A stretch of DNA of 64,000 nt from positions 76,678 to 140,677 of the IMG/VR virus record IMGVR_UViG_3300045988_132585. One strand, written 5' to 3'. This DNA comes from a virus. The position numbers were made by a program, and so were the translations under genes. This document shows, one piece after another, positions 19,583 through 29,036 of the stretch. Below the pieces are notes generated by a model. The model was not told where the DNA came from and did not search any database. It saw nothing but the letters and a program-made list of their open reading frames with translations. The first letter of the stretch is position 1; each line of letters opens with the position of its first letter.

Positions 19583-21058
19583 TAACAATTAATTTAAAAC
19601 AAATCATGGAATTAAAAGATTTTAAAGATGTGGTTAGAGTAATGACAAATTTTGACAAGCAAGAACCGGTTTCTAACAAGAGAGGAGGCATCTGAACTTG
19701 TTAAGAGCAATAATCAGGAGATGGTGGTAGATAGGAATGCCGTTAGAGAGCAATTGTATTCAGAAGATTTATATTAGTGTATTAAAATGTTTAAATGAAA
19801 CTTGTTGAAAGACATATAGTTAAAGACAACTGGTTTGAGGATATATGCCTCAAATCTGGTTTGTTGTACAATTATGTTCTTTACAACATTCGTCAAGGAG
19901 TCTTTTCTGGTAACTACTTAAAGGAATTTGATTTATCAAACAAACTTTGCAAAGAAAACCAATTCGATTTCAGGAATTTACCTAATCATGTATCCCGACA
20001 GGTGATTAAACAGGTATTTAAAAACATAAAATCCTGGATGAGATTAAAGAAAGATTTTGAAAAGAATCCTTCGAAATACGGTAATCATCGTCCTCATCTT
20101 CCTTCGTATAAGAAGGGCAAGAAACAAAACATGGTTGTTTTTACTAACTGTGATTGTAGGATAAAGGATGATGGTTATATCCATTTTGTCAAAAACACAA
20201 TTAAACCGATCAAAACAAATGTAAAGAAAGATGAATTAAAACAAGTTAGAATCATACCTCAAGCCACCTGTTATGTAGTAGAGGTAGTTTATGAAAGAAA
20301 GGAAATTGATCTTGGTTTAGATAAAGACAATTTTCTTTCGATTGATTTAGGATTGAATAATTTATGTTCATGTATTAGCAATGTAGGATTAATTCCTTTC
20401 ATTGTAAACGGACGGATTATGAAATCATTTAATCAATGGTACAATAAGAAGAAAGCTAAGTTGATGTCTTTTGTTGGTGATAGAGGATCTTCAAATAGGA
20501 TAAGAAGAATCACTTTGTTTAGAAATTGTTGGATAGAAGACAAGTTGCATAAGATAAGCAGATATATTGTCAACTTCTGTAGATCAAACAACATAGGAAC
20601 AATCATCATCGGATTAAATAAGGAATGGAAACAGGAAATCAATATTGGTAGGCGAAATAACCAACATTTTGTTTCTATTCCTCATTCAAAGTTAATAGAT
20701 AAGATTGTTTACAAAGCAAAGTTATTAGGAATCAATGTTGTTATTCATGAAGAATCCTATACATCAAAGATAGATCATCTTGCTTTTGAACCTCTAAAGA
20801 AACAGGAATCCTACTTAGGAAAAAGAAAGAAACGTGGATTGTTTCAAAGTTCAATTGGAAAACTGATCAATGCAGATATTAATGGATCAATTGGAATAGC
20901 AAGAAAAGTAATTGGTGATTCTTTTATTGGAAAGATAATCGATAGTGGATTTGTGTTTAATCCAATTAGAGTAAATACTTTGTGATACAAGGTTGAATCT
21001 AATAAATAAAATGAGTAATTTTAATAACATTTGTATTAACTAAAAAAAATAAAACAAC
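19583..21058 (+). mobile_element. Putative IS200/IS605-family (tnpB-only, IS1341-like) insertion or domesticated remnant; ends not defined
   Basis: tnpB-like gene with no adjacent Y1 transposase (tnpA). Flanking intergenic regions are 212 nt upstream and 73 nt downstream. Boundaries are a guess. Confidence 0.3.
19795..20985 (+). CDS. tnpB: TnpB-like RuvC-fold nuclease (IS200/IS605 OrfB family); zinc-finger cysteines substituted
   Basis: N-terminal region ICLKSGLLYNYVLYNIRQ resembles the TnpB N-terminus. RuvC-I SIDLGLNN. RuvC-II HEESYTSKIDH. RuvC-III NADINGSIGIARK (NADxNAAxNI-type). No Cys lies between RuvC-II and RuvC-III where CxxC...CxxC is expected. Confidence 0.7.
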   Translation: MKLVERHIVKDNWFEDICLKSGLLYNYVLYNIRQGVFSGNYLKEFDLSNKLCKENQFDFRNLPNHVSRQVIKQVFKNIKSWMRLKKDFEKNPSKYGNHRPHLPSYKKGKKQNMVVFTNCDCRIKDDGYIHFVKNTIKPIKTNVKKDELKQVRIIPQATCYVVEVVYERKEIDLGLDKDNFLSIDLGLNNLCSCISNVGLIPFIVNGRIMKSFNQWYNKKKAKLMSFVGDRGSSNRIRRITLFRNCWIEDKLHKISRYIVNFCRSNNIGTIIIGLNKEWKQEINIGRRNNQHFVSIPHSKLIDKIVYKAKLLGINVVIHEESYTSKIDHLAFEPLKKQESYLGKRKKRGLFQSSIGKLINADINGSIGIARKVIGDSFIGKIIDSGFVFNPIRVNTL

Positions 21059-21409
21059 ATGGGATTTATAATCAGAAAGTCAATATCTTATGATATGATG
21101 GACGGCAATCAATTAAAGTATGAATTTGACAACAGGGATTTAGATCATATCACATTTAAAGGTGATGGTAAAGAATCTTTTTCATTTAACAGAGTACTTG
21201 TTGAAAATTTAATTGAGACATTTGAGACTATGCAGGATATATACTCTGATAATTACGGAATTAAGGTTTATACCGGTAATTGCATAATTCAATTGAACGT
21301 AAATCCAAAGGACCCCAGTGAATCCTTTTTTGACGTATATGATAGAGATGAGATGAAATTGATATACGGAATAAAGATCAGTATTCTGAAAGAAATGTTT
21401 ATCATATGA
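21059..21409 (+). CDS. Hypothetical protein (116 aa)
   Basis: ORF immediately downstream of the tnpB-like gene. Confidence 0.4.
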   Translation: MGFIIRKSISYDMMDGNQLKYEFDNRDLDHITFKGDGKESFSFNRVLVENLIETFETMQDIYSDNYGIKVYTGNCIIQLNVNPKDPSESFFDVYDRDEMKLIYGIKISILKEMFII

Positions 21410-21723
21410 TTACCAAGCAGGACATACAAGCAGCAGCATCGTATATTTTTCGAAGCAGTTTTGTCTCGGAAGACCAGGCAAGGAAAGTAATGGTAAAAGC
21501 CGGCAATAACGCTACCAAGATCCTCGTCAAGACCTTTAGAGGCAAGTTGTTCAAGAAAGCTTTTGAAAGAGCCCGTAGAGGAAAGGATATCAGTTCTTTT
21601 GAAAGACAGGAAAAAGAAAGTGGTTTCAATTTTCTACATAATCCTAATAATGGTCGTATGCAAAGCGGTCATATTATAATAGATGGAATTGGTCTGTTTA
21701 AACAAATAATTCATGAAAGGTAA
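21406..21723 (+). CDS. Hypothetical basic protein (105 aa)
   Basis: ATGA overlap with the upstream ORF. Lys/Arg-rich. Confidence 0.4.
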   Translation: MITKQDIQAAASYIFRSSFVSEDQARKVMVKAGNNATKILVKTFRGKLFKKAFERARRGKDISSFERQEKESGFNFLHNPNNGRMQSGHIIIDGIGLFKQIIHER

Positions 21724-21883
21724 AAAAGTTGATATTCGTTTAGGCAGAGGTCTGGCGAATCAGATTAAGATAAACAAAACCATCCCAGTGTCTCATAAAC
21801 CAAAAGAAGAACGTCGAATGATGTTTATTTGTGGTGATGATATTGCTTCTCTTATAAAGCGGTTTGAAAACGAATCAAAGTAA
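21713..21883 (+). CDS. Small hypothetical basic protein (56 aa)
   Basis: ORF MKGKKVDIRLGRGLANQIKINKTIPVSHKPKEERRMMFICGDDIASLIKRFENESK overlaps the end of the previous gene. Followed by hairpin GGACATGTATCTTGTCC + T-run at about 21893-21918. Confidence 0.3.
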   Translation: MKGKKVDIRLGRGLANQIKINKTIPVSHKPKEERRMMFICGDDIASLIKRFENESK

Positions 21884-21919
21884 TATAAAGTAGGACATGT
21901 ATCTTGTCCGATTTTTTTA

Positions 21920-21927
21920 TATATTTG
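21920..21927 (+). promoter_or_regulatory. Bacteroidota-type -7 promoter box TATATTTG placed to give a leaderless transcript for the 21932 gene
   Basis: TAnnTTTG ends 4 nt before the ATG at 21932, so the predicted start site is at or next to the ATG. Confidence 0.3.
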
Positions 21928-21931
21928 TGGC

Positions 21932-22255
21932 ATGGCAAGAGGTTATTATTGGATACCACAAACAGATGAAACGTTAAATGGCAGAAGCTATTACGTGGCT
22001 AAGATAGTAGGAGATATCACGTTTGATACTAAACGAAAAAGAATCGTATTTCAAGCTGATAGGTATTTCCCTGTAGGATCTGTTTTCCATTTTACGCACA
22101 ATTGCTTCAACTATATCATAACTTGCCGACTTCGTAAGCCGGGGCTTTGGTTTGAAGCCAGGAGAGAAGATTCAGGCTCTATTTGCCCTGAAGATATTGA
22201 GCGCTTTGAATCGGGAAGGTTTATACACCGAGATGGGTACATTCATTACATATAA
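21932..22255 (+). CDS. Hypothetical protein (107 aa)
   Basis: ORF followed by terminators. Confidence 0.4.
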   Translation: MARGYYWIPQTDETLNGRSYYVAKIVGDITFDTKRKRIVFQADRYFPVGSVFHFTHNCFNYIITCRLRKPGLWFEARREDSGSICPEDIERFESGRFIHRDGYIHYI

Positions 22256-22310
22256 GCTGAACTTGACGATTTTTCGTCAGATTATAATTTTTTTTTTTCA
22301 TATTATTTTT

Positions 22311-22348
22311 AAGCCATCAGACTGAGAAGTTAGATGGCTTTATTTTTT
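22311..22348 (+). terminator. Rho-independent terminator (AAGCCATC-loop-GATGGCTT + TATTTTTT)
   Basis: 8-bp stem, 13-nt loop, T-tract. Preceded by a smaller hairpin GACGA-TTTT-TCGTC and a T11 run at 22266-22299. Confidence 0.55.
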
Positions 22349-22369
22349 ATGATATGCTTGATTTTTAAC

Positions 22370-22377
22370 TACCTTTG
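22370..22377 (+). promoter_or_regulatory. Bacteroidota-type -7 promoter box TACCTTTG
   Basis: TAnnTTTG match 23 nt upstream of the ATG at 22401. Confidence 0.35.
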
Positions 22378-22400
22378 TCTCATAACAAAAATGTTTTACT

Positions 22401-25400
22401 ATGACATCAGCGTGTATTATTAAAAGAGATAATAAAAAGAAAGTTGTTTCTGTCTCTACCAGATCAGGGGACAGGTCTATGTTGTTTGATAAAATAGCAT
22501 CTGTTCCCCTTATGGAGAATAGGGAACGGGCTACTACTGTTTTTAAAACCGTATTTTCTAATAAGTTCTTAAAGGCTTTTGGCGACTGGAGAAAGAGAGT
22601 GCCTATCAACAAACAGGCTTATAATAAGGTAAAATCCAACATCGATCTTATCCCAGAAGCCTATAGAGAAAGGGTGCTGGATAAGGCTTCTAAGATGAGT
22701 AACCCTGTTCTTGTATCAAAATCAGATGCACCTTATGAAATCCGAGAATCGGGCTTTGGATTCTACAGCCAAAATCTGGGTGATAATATTATGTTGGTGG
22801 ATGCTATGGTCCCGTCAAGTATTTCCGTACCGGAAGGACCTGGAATAGACGCCGGGCAGTATCTACAAGATACCATATCTTCAGACTTCACTCCCGTATC
22901 TATGGTACAGGATAAGGGTGTTAATTATATGGTTATAAAAGACGGTCTTAAGATATTTAGCCCAGAAGAGCTACCAGAAACAGATTCTAATCCTGTGGGT
23001 GTAACGTATCAGACCGGAGAGCCTCGTTTGTTTTTCATGAACGATCGTAGCCAATTATTTGAAGATTACGGAGAAGCTCTTCGCTCTGGCGGGAATGATA
23101 TTAGAATAGGGTTCTTATCAGGCACCGTTCAAGAATCTGCCGTGGATGGCGTGGCAGACATTACTTACAAAGCTGGAAAGTATGTTCTTAACAACCCCAA
23201 ATCTTTTATACCGGTCATGACCGCTTCTGCTTCTACTTCTTTATCAACAAAAGGTGGTATAATTAACTACCTTATAAAGAAAGGTCTTTTGTCCGGATCT
23301 AAGATATTCGATCCTGAAACAAGAAGCTATTATCTTACAGGAGAAGGTCATACAGGACAAATTAGACTTTTCAATTCAGCCTTATCCTACACTGAGCTCC
23401 GTAATCATTTTGGTTCCGATGTTTCCATGAACGATCAAGGTATGATAACCATAAGCTCGTTGGATAACAGTAAGGTAACGATGAGACTCGCCACCGGAGG
23501 AACGGAAAGGGTTAGCAAAGAGCAGATAAAGAACGATCTCAAGTCAGGAAGATACAATGAATTGGACGCCAAGTACGATCATTTTGATGCGCTTGTAGTT
23601 TCATTCATATTAGAAGACAACGATCTTTATGCTGATACTAAAGCTAAGATCGTATCAGATTATAGCAGGCAGGAACGTGATCAACGAAATTCTATTGTCG
23701 AGATACTGAAAACGCTTGGCGTTAGTGTCATAGGTATGACCGATTATATAGAGAAGTACCAAACCAAATACGGGCATGAACCTTCTGCTAAGGCATTGGC
23801 GGATATTGCCAATAACGTAATAGCAGTTGGTGAAGATGCTACTTTATCTGATTTAGTAGAAGAAACAGCCCACTTCCTTGTAGAGGCATACAGAGATCAG
23901 AATGCTGTTGAGGCTGTTCTGCAAGATGTAGAAGGTACGGAAGAGTGGAACCAATATGCAGGTCAGTATTATAATACATACGGTAAGGTATATGAAGGAG
24001 CTGAGCTTGATAATGCTGTTAGGAGAGAAATTCTTGGAAAGATCCTCGCCAGGGAGATGCAGACCGGCACAGCACAGGCGCCGGTAGAGCCCACCTCCTT
24101 CCTGGGGCGCGTCCGGCAGCTTCTCTCTGGAATCGTAAGCTGGCTTAAATCAGCTTTATCTACTCAAAGACAAGATTTGAATAACGTTATTAAAAACATT
24201 CGTGATCTTGCCATTACTGACATAGATAAAGGATTTGACACCTCTCTGTTAAAGGATAATGACTTTACATTATACTCCCTTTCTTCTATGAACAAGAACA
24301 AGTTTCTTGAGTCTAAGATCCGGGCACTGAGAAAGACGTTACGAGACTTACGTCAGATAAGCTCTGATAGGGCTGTAACTACGTCTATGACCCTTGCTCA
24401 GCTTAAGACCATAGAAGATAAGATAAATAAGGTAGAGACCGAAATAGACAAGAATGAGATGGCGGCTGCCATGAACAGCATGATCTCCACAGCCGAAGCT
24501 CAGGTCAGATACTTAAGCAATGTCGTGAACACCATCCTTCATGGAGATACTAAAGACGGCAAGCTTCACTTCAATACCAATGATCGAAAGAACGTAGATA
24601 TTATCAACAATCAGGTTCTTCCGATCATGAACGATCTTCGAGGATATATCCGTAACAGAAGTACCGAATTTGATGAACGTGAAAAGCAGGATTATACAAA
24701 TAGGATCAATACCGTCATTGCCGACATCAATGGTATTCAGTCTGATATTAAATCAGTACAAGACCTTGATGAAAGTACGTTGCTTGATAAGTTAATGAAC
24801 GAACTTCATGTGCCGGCAGATAAGGTAAAGAGAGTAAAAGAATTTTTCGACAAGGTTCAACACGATGTTTCTTGGATAAGTAGGTGGTTTGGTATATTAG
24901 AGCATTCTTCCAGTCCGTTCAATAACGCTCTTGGAGCTATGATTGCCAAAGACAATTACAATGCGATGGTGAATGCCCAGCCCGCCATATCCGACTTCCT
25001 GGCATATGCTAAAAAGCATGGTTTTAACAAATCTGAATTTGAAAAACTGCTTCAGAAAGTAGACGGCAAAACTTCTAATTACCTTCGTAGTGCTCTTGAT
25101 ATGGCTAAATACGATCGTAATAAGAAGCTGGCGCAGATGCGAGCGTTTGCGACTGCCATGAACATAGAGATATCAGAAGAAGAAATTGGTGATGTGGTTG
25201 ACAATAACCGTAATTACGTATTTAAAAGAGAAGTAGTTGACAAGGATGGAAATACGGTTACTGAAAACGCTAAATTCAAACCATCGTCTGATAGAGTTAA
25301 TACCGATATTTTTACCATCGAGCAGGAAAAGATTTATACAGAACAGATGGAAAAGTGGGATGCTGAAAATTCGGAACTGGAATTTAGCGAAAGTTATGCC

Positions 25401-28400
25401 ACAAGAATGGAATCCATATACAAAAAGGCTGAAGAAGAATTAGGGCATCCGGTTTCTCAAACAACCAAAGAATACCTTAATGCTCTATCCAGGCAAAAAC
25501 GGATATTGAGGCAGCCTTTTATTGATAGCGGTGGTAATTTTGATGAGGTTGCCTATTTTAAAAGCAGCAATTACGAAGAAGAAGGACTGCTTCGTAAACA
25601 ACGTAAGGAAGCAGCTTCAGAATACATATATGTAGGAACCAGGAGAGTGGAAAAAACCGGCGACCAACTTAAGATGGCTAAAGAAATACAAGCTATAAAT
25701 GAAGTTTGGAGAAAGGAATCAAATAATGTTACCAATGCCGTATCAGAATCGTTTTTGCAAAAATTAAGAACGATTCAGAGCGAGTCGGGAGGAGAAGCTG
25801 CGCTGAAGACACTTATGTTGGGAGGTCACCTGTCATTTAATGATCGGTTTTGGAATGATGTAGAATCGGAACAGTCGGCACGTACCGAATCAAATAACAA
25901 GGCTTCGTATCTCAAAATGGCGCATGATATCATTCGCTCTACGACAAGTGATAGAGATGCGACTGACGTGGATTCTATTGTGAAAGATATAGAAAAAAAT
26001 AAGGCTATTATCAAGGAAATAATCGGAAACAACCGAGATGTGGCTGATATCGGAGAAATTAACGAAGCGACATTTACCTCATCCGAAAGAGATGCTTTTA
26101 GGGCCGCATCTGAAGCTATTGAAGCCGATTACGCTATTTTGATAGATTATGCTAAGATGGTGGGTCTTGAAGATATTGATAAGTACCTTACTAAAAGCAG
26201 TAAGGCCGAAAACGAAGTAAATCAGTCTTATTTAAATGCTCTTGCTGACTCCAAGGAAGTGGAATGGAAGTTCGTACAACGTCATACTACGGCGAAGAAA
26301 GCAAAAAGGATTCAGGCTTTAAGGGATAAGCTGTTTAAGGCTGCTGATAACCGATATCTGTTTACCGTATCTGAAACCAACTACCTGTCAGAAAAGCTTG
26401 GTATAAGCAAAGAATTAGACGGTAGAGATTTCAGGAATGCTGTTAATGCTAAGATGGTCAGCTTGTTTTTAAATAACACAAGAGAAGAGGGCATAGAAGA
26501 GACCAATGCTATTGTTAATGAATTTGCCAGGAGCCAGGTCTTTTCGTACTATAAACGCATGGCGCCTACCGGATATGCGGCCATGATCGACAAAATAGGT
26601 CGAGGTGAGATAGATGTGGCGCAGATGGTTAAGGACGTACAAAACGGTACATCCACCCAAGATTATGGCATGGACATATCGTACCTGTCTTTCGATCCTG
26701 CAAGGGCATGGGTGGCTGAATCTGAAGCCGAAAATAGCGGCCGTAATCCTGATTATGTAAAAGATCATGGGTATGGTCATCGCATGCCTAAGAAAAGCCT
26801 GTATCGTGATGAATCGTATTTCAATGACTTTGGTATCAAGTATGATGCTGACGGTAATGAAGTTGCTACTAAAAACGTAGAGCAGTGGAATATGATTCAA
26901 AAACTCAAGGAAATAAAAAGACAATCCCTTGATCTATACAAAGAGCAGAGTCCCAATTTGTATGCTATTCCACAGATATCAAAACAAGACATAGAACGTA
27001 TGGAAGGATTGGGTATTAACTTCAAAAATACGGTTCGTAATTTTGTATCAGATCTGTGCCTGGACAGAGTAGACGATTCTCTATATGGTAAGACCAGGCA
27101 AGGGGAAGTATATGACCCGGAAGACAGACTTAGGTCTATACCTAAATACTACATATATGAATTGGAGAACCAAGATGATGTATCTCACGATTTTGGCTAC
27201 TCTTATTCGATGCTTATGATGCAGTCATCGTTATACAACGAAAAGCAGAAGTCTATAGAGCTTGCCCAAGGACTGGAGCAGATGTTGCTGAACAAACAAT
27301 TTGAGGGCGGTAAGAAGGCTGAAGCAACCCAAGCATATCAGATGTTTAGGGACTTCTTCAACGATCATTATTATGGCATTAGGATGAACACCAAAAAACT
27401 TACGGTGAACATCGGAGGATATACGGTAGACCTTACAAGAATTATGATGGCTGTTGAAAGATTTATGTCGGTTATGAACTTGGCACTGTCTCCGTTTGTG
27501 GCAGCTACCGGCGCCCTGACAGGTCATATCAACCTCATCATGGAATCTGCCGTAGGACAGTATATAAGCAAAGACTCCCTTAAATACGCATCGGCTGAGT
27601 TTTCACGTCTTGCGCCATCTTGTATAGCAGAAACCGGAGACATAGATAGGAAAAGCAAATTATATGTCATAGGTGAGAGAATGGGGATATTCAATATCCG
27701 AAATCGTATGTATGGTGCCGGATACAATAGAGCGGCCAGGACCTTAATGCGTTCGCCTATGTATGCTTTTATGGAAATCCTGAACTACCCTCTTGATCCG
27801 CAGGTTATGATTGCTACTATGGACAATGTTCGTTATTACAAAGGCCGGTTCTACACGTTCCAAGATTTCAAGATGGAAAAAGAACGCAATAAAGAACAGA
27901 GTACCATAAAAAGAGAATGGAACGCATTAAAAGATCGTACTTTATGGAGTATGGTAGACGTCGTGGATGGAAAGGTGGTTGTAAAGCCGGGATCGGGTGT
28001 TACTGTTGAGGAAGTTGAAACCCAGATGGCTATAACCAGGAATCAAGTCCGTAGCTTGTCGCAGATATGTAACGGATCTTTGAATGAAGAAAACCGAACT
28101 GCCGCATCGCGCAACTGGATAGCCAGGTTCATGACCGCCCACCGAGGCTGGCTGGTGCTGGCAGCTCAACGTCTGTGGAAAAGACGTGGCTTCAATTTCC
28201 AAACAATGCAAGAAGAGGAAGGGTTGTCAATTACGTTAAAGAATATGATAGCCAAAACATTTAGCTTAGCTTCCGAGTCTGGTATGAAAAACATCATAGA
28301 TGCCTGGAACGAAAATAAAGATAATATGAATGAGGTAGAGAAAACCAATATAAAACGTCTCAGTGTCTATGCCGGCACGTTCCTTATCATGCAAGCCGTA

Positions 28401-28823
28401 TCCATGCTTCTTGCCGGATGGCGTGATGATGATGAAAACGAAGAAAGTTGGCTTACTCAATTTGGATCCTATGTCGGATTCAGAACCATAAACGAAATAG
28501 CTTCACAGATGCCGTTTATTATGGAGCTTAACGTTGTAGATATCATTAACGACCCGTTTGTCATGGGGCGGAAGTTGAAGGATCTTACTGATCTTAGGAA
28601 TTACTCACTTGATAAAGTAACATCCGGCACATACAAAGGAGAGTTTAAGTTATTTAGGCAACTCGCCAAACAGACGTTTATCAAACAATGGTATAACATC
28701 AAGACGCCGGAAGACATAGCGCGCGCCTATAATTGGTGGCAGCAGACAAACAACAAGTCAATGATGTTCTTCATCGGCGCCACTCCTGATTCGGAAGGAG
28801 ACGATGATGTTAGTTACAAATAG
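22401..28823 (+). CDS. Giant virion protein, 2140 aa (candidate ejected cargo protein; C-terminal TM segment)
   Basis: 6.4-kb ORF with its own promoter box and a terminator downstream. C-terminal hydrophobic helix (VYAGTFLIMQAVSMLLAGW). One DxDGN-like string (YDADGNE), which is not a canonical DxDGD. Confidence 0.65.
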   Translation: MTSACIIKRDNKKKVVSVSTRSGDRSMLFDKIASVPLMENRERATTVFKTVFSNKFLKAFGDWRKRVPINKQAYNKVKSNIDLIPEAYRERVLDKASKMSNPVLVSKSDAPYEIRESGFGFYSQNLGDNIMLVDAMVPSSISVPEGPGIDAGQYLQDTISSDFTPVSMVQDKGVNYMVIKDGLKIFSPEELPETDSNPVGVTYQTGEPRLFFMNDRSQLFEDYGEALRSGGNDIRIGFLSGTVQESAVDGVADITYKAGKYVLNNPKSFIPVMTASASTSLSTKGGIINYLIKKGLLSGSKIFDPETRSYYLTGEGHTGQIRLFNSALSYTELRNHFGSDVSMNDQGMITISSLDNSKVTMRLATGGTERVSKEQIKNDLKSGRYNELDAKYDHFDALVVSFILEDNDLYADTKAKIVSDYSRQERDQRNSIVEILKTLGVSVIGMTDYIEKYQTKYGHEPSAKALADIANNVIAVGEDATLSDLVEETAHFLVEAYRDQNAVEAVLQDVEGTEEWNQYAGQYYNTYGKVYEGAELDNAVRREILGKILAREMQTGTAQAPVEPTSFLGRVRQLLSGIVSWLKSALSTQRQDLNNVIKNIRDLAITDIDKGFDTSLLKDNDFTLYSLSSMNKNKFLESKIRALRKTLRDLRQISSDRAVTTSMTLAQLKTIEDKINKVETEIDKNEMAAAMNSMISTAEAQVRYLSNVVNTILHGDTKDGKLHFNTNDRKNVDIINNQVLPIMNDLRGYIRNRSTEFDEREKQDYTNRINTVIADINGIQSDIKSVQDLDESTLLDKLMNELHVPADKVKRVKEFFDKVQHDVSWISRWFGILEHSSSPFNNALGAMIAKDNYNAMVNAQPAISDFLAYAKKHGFNKSEFEKLLQKVDGKTSNYLRSALDMAKYDRNKKLAQMRAFATAMNIEISEEEIGDVVDNNRNYVFKREVVDKDGNTVTENAKFKPSSDRVNTDIFTIEQEKIYTEQMEKWDAENSELEFSESYATRMESIYKKAEEELGHPVSQTTKEYLNALSRQKRILRQPFIDSGGNFDEVAYFKSSNYEEEGLLRKQRKEAASEYIYVGTRRVEKTGDQLKMAKEIQAINEVWRKESNNVTNAVSESFLQKLRTIQSESGGEAALKTLMLGGHLSFNDRFWNDVESEQSARTESNNKASYLKMAHDIIRSTTSDRDATDVDSIVKDIEKNKAIIKEIIGNNRDVADIGEINEATFTSSERDAFRAASEAIEADYAILIDYAKMVGLEDIDKYLTKSSKAENEVNQSYLNALADSKEVEWKFVQRHTTAKKAKRIQALRDKLFKAADNRYLFTVSETNYLSEKLGISKELDGRDFRNAVNAKMVSLFLNNTREEGIEETNAIVNEFARSQVFSYYKRMAPTGYAAMIDKIGRGEIDVAQMVKDVQNGTSTQDYGMDISYLSFDPARAWVAESEAENSGRNPDYVKDHGYGHRMPKKSLYRDESYFNDFGIKYDADGNEVATKNVEQWNMIQKLKEIKRQSLDLYKEQSPNLYAIPQISKQDIERMEGLGINFKNTVRNFVSDLCLDRVDDSLYGKTRQGEVYDPEDRLRSIPKYYIYELENQDDVSHDFGYSYSMLMMQSSLYNEKQKSIELAQGLEQMLLNKQFEGGKKAEATQAYQMFRDFFNDHYYGIRMNTKKLTVNIGGYTVDLTRIMMAVERFMSVMNLALSPFVAATGALTGHINLIMESAVGQYISKDSLKYASAEFSRLAPSCIAETGDIDRKSKLYVIGERMGIFNIRNRMYGAGYNRAARTLMRSPMYAFMEILNYPLDPQVMIATMDNVRYYKGRFYTFQDFKMEKERNKEQSTIKREWNALKDRTLWSMVDVVDGKVVVKPGSGVTVEEVETQMAITRNQVRSLSQICNGSLNEENRTAASRNWIARFMTAHRGWLVLAAQRLWKRRGFNFQTMQEEEGLSITLKNMIAKTFSLASESGMKNIIDAWNENKDNMNEVEKTNIKRLSVYAGTFLIMQAVSMLLAGWRDDDENEESWLTQFGSYVGFRTINEIASQMPFIMELNVVDIINDPFVMGRKLKDLTDLRNYSLDKVTSGTYKGEFKLFRQLAKQTFIKQWYNIKTPEDIARAYNWWQQTNNKSMMFFIGATPDSEGDDDVSYK

Positions 28824-28969
28824 ACGAGGAATATCGGACTTGCATTGTTTTTGTATGATTCCAATATGTTATATTAGCATCGTCAAAGAGTAGATTGTAC
28901 GTTTTTTGTTCTTACTTGAAAGATTATGTAGGTTAAATTTTTTCTGAAATTGTTTTCTTACCGGTTCTC

Positions 28970-29000
28970 AGTCAGAGATGATAGGGAACCGGTTTCTTTT
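28970..29000 (+). terminator. Rho-independent terminator (ACCGGTTC-loop-GAACCGGT + TTCTTTT)
   Basis: 8-bp perfect stem, 8-nt loop, T-rich tail. Lies inside the annotated N-terminus of ORF 28950, so that ORF's start is moved downstream. Confidence 0.5.
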
Positions 29001-29036
29001 ATGTTGTCAATTATTGCTATCTTGCAAACAAAAATC

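Noticed and set aside
22401-28823. Calling one of the giant proteins the virion RNA polymerase
   Set aside because: No canonical DxDGD motif was found by eye. Only the degenerate strings YDADGNE (22401..28823) and TDGDFD (2777..5617) are present. A confident call would need profile or structure comparison.
28950-29036. Annotated N-terminus of ORF 28950..29654
   Set aside because: It contains a strong intrinsic terminator hairpin (28970-29000), so the start is moved to the internal ATG at 29037 (MRRRF).
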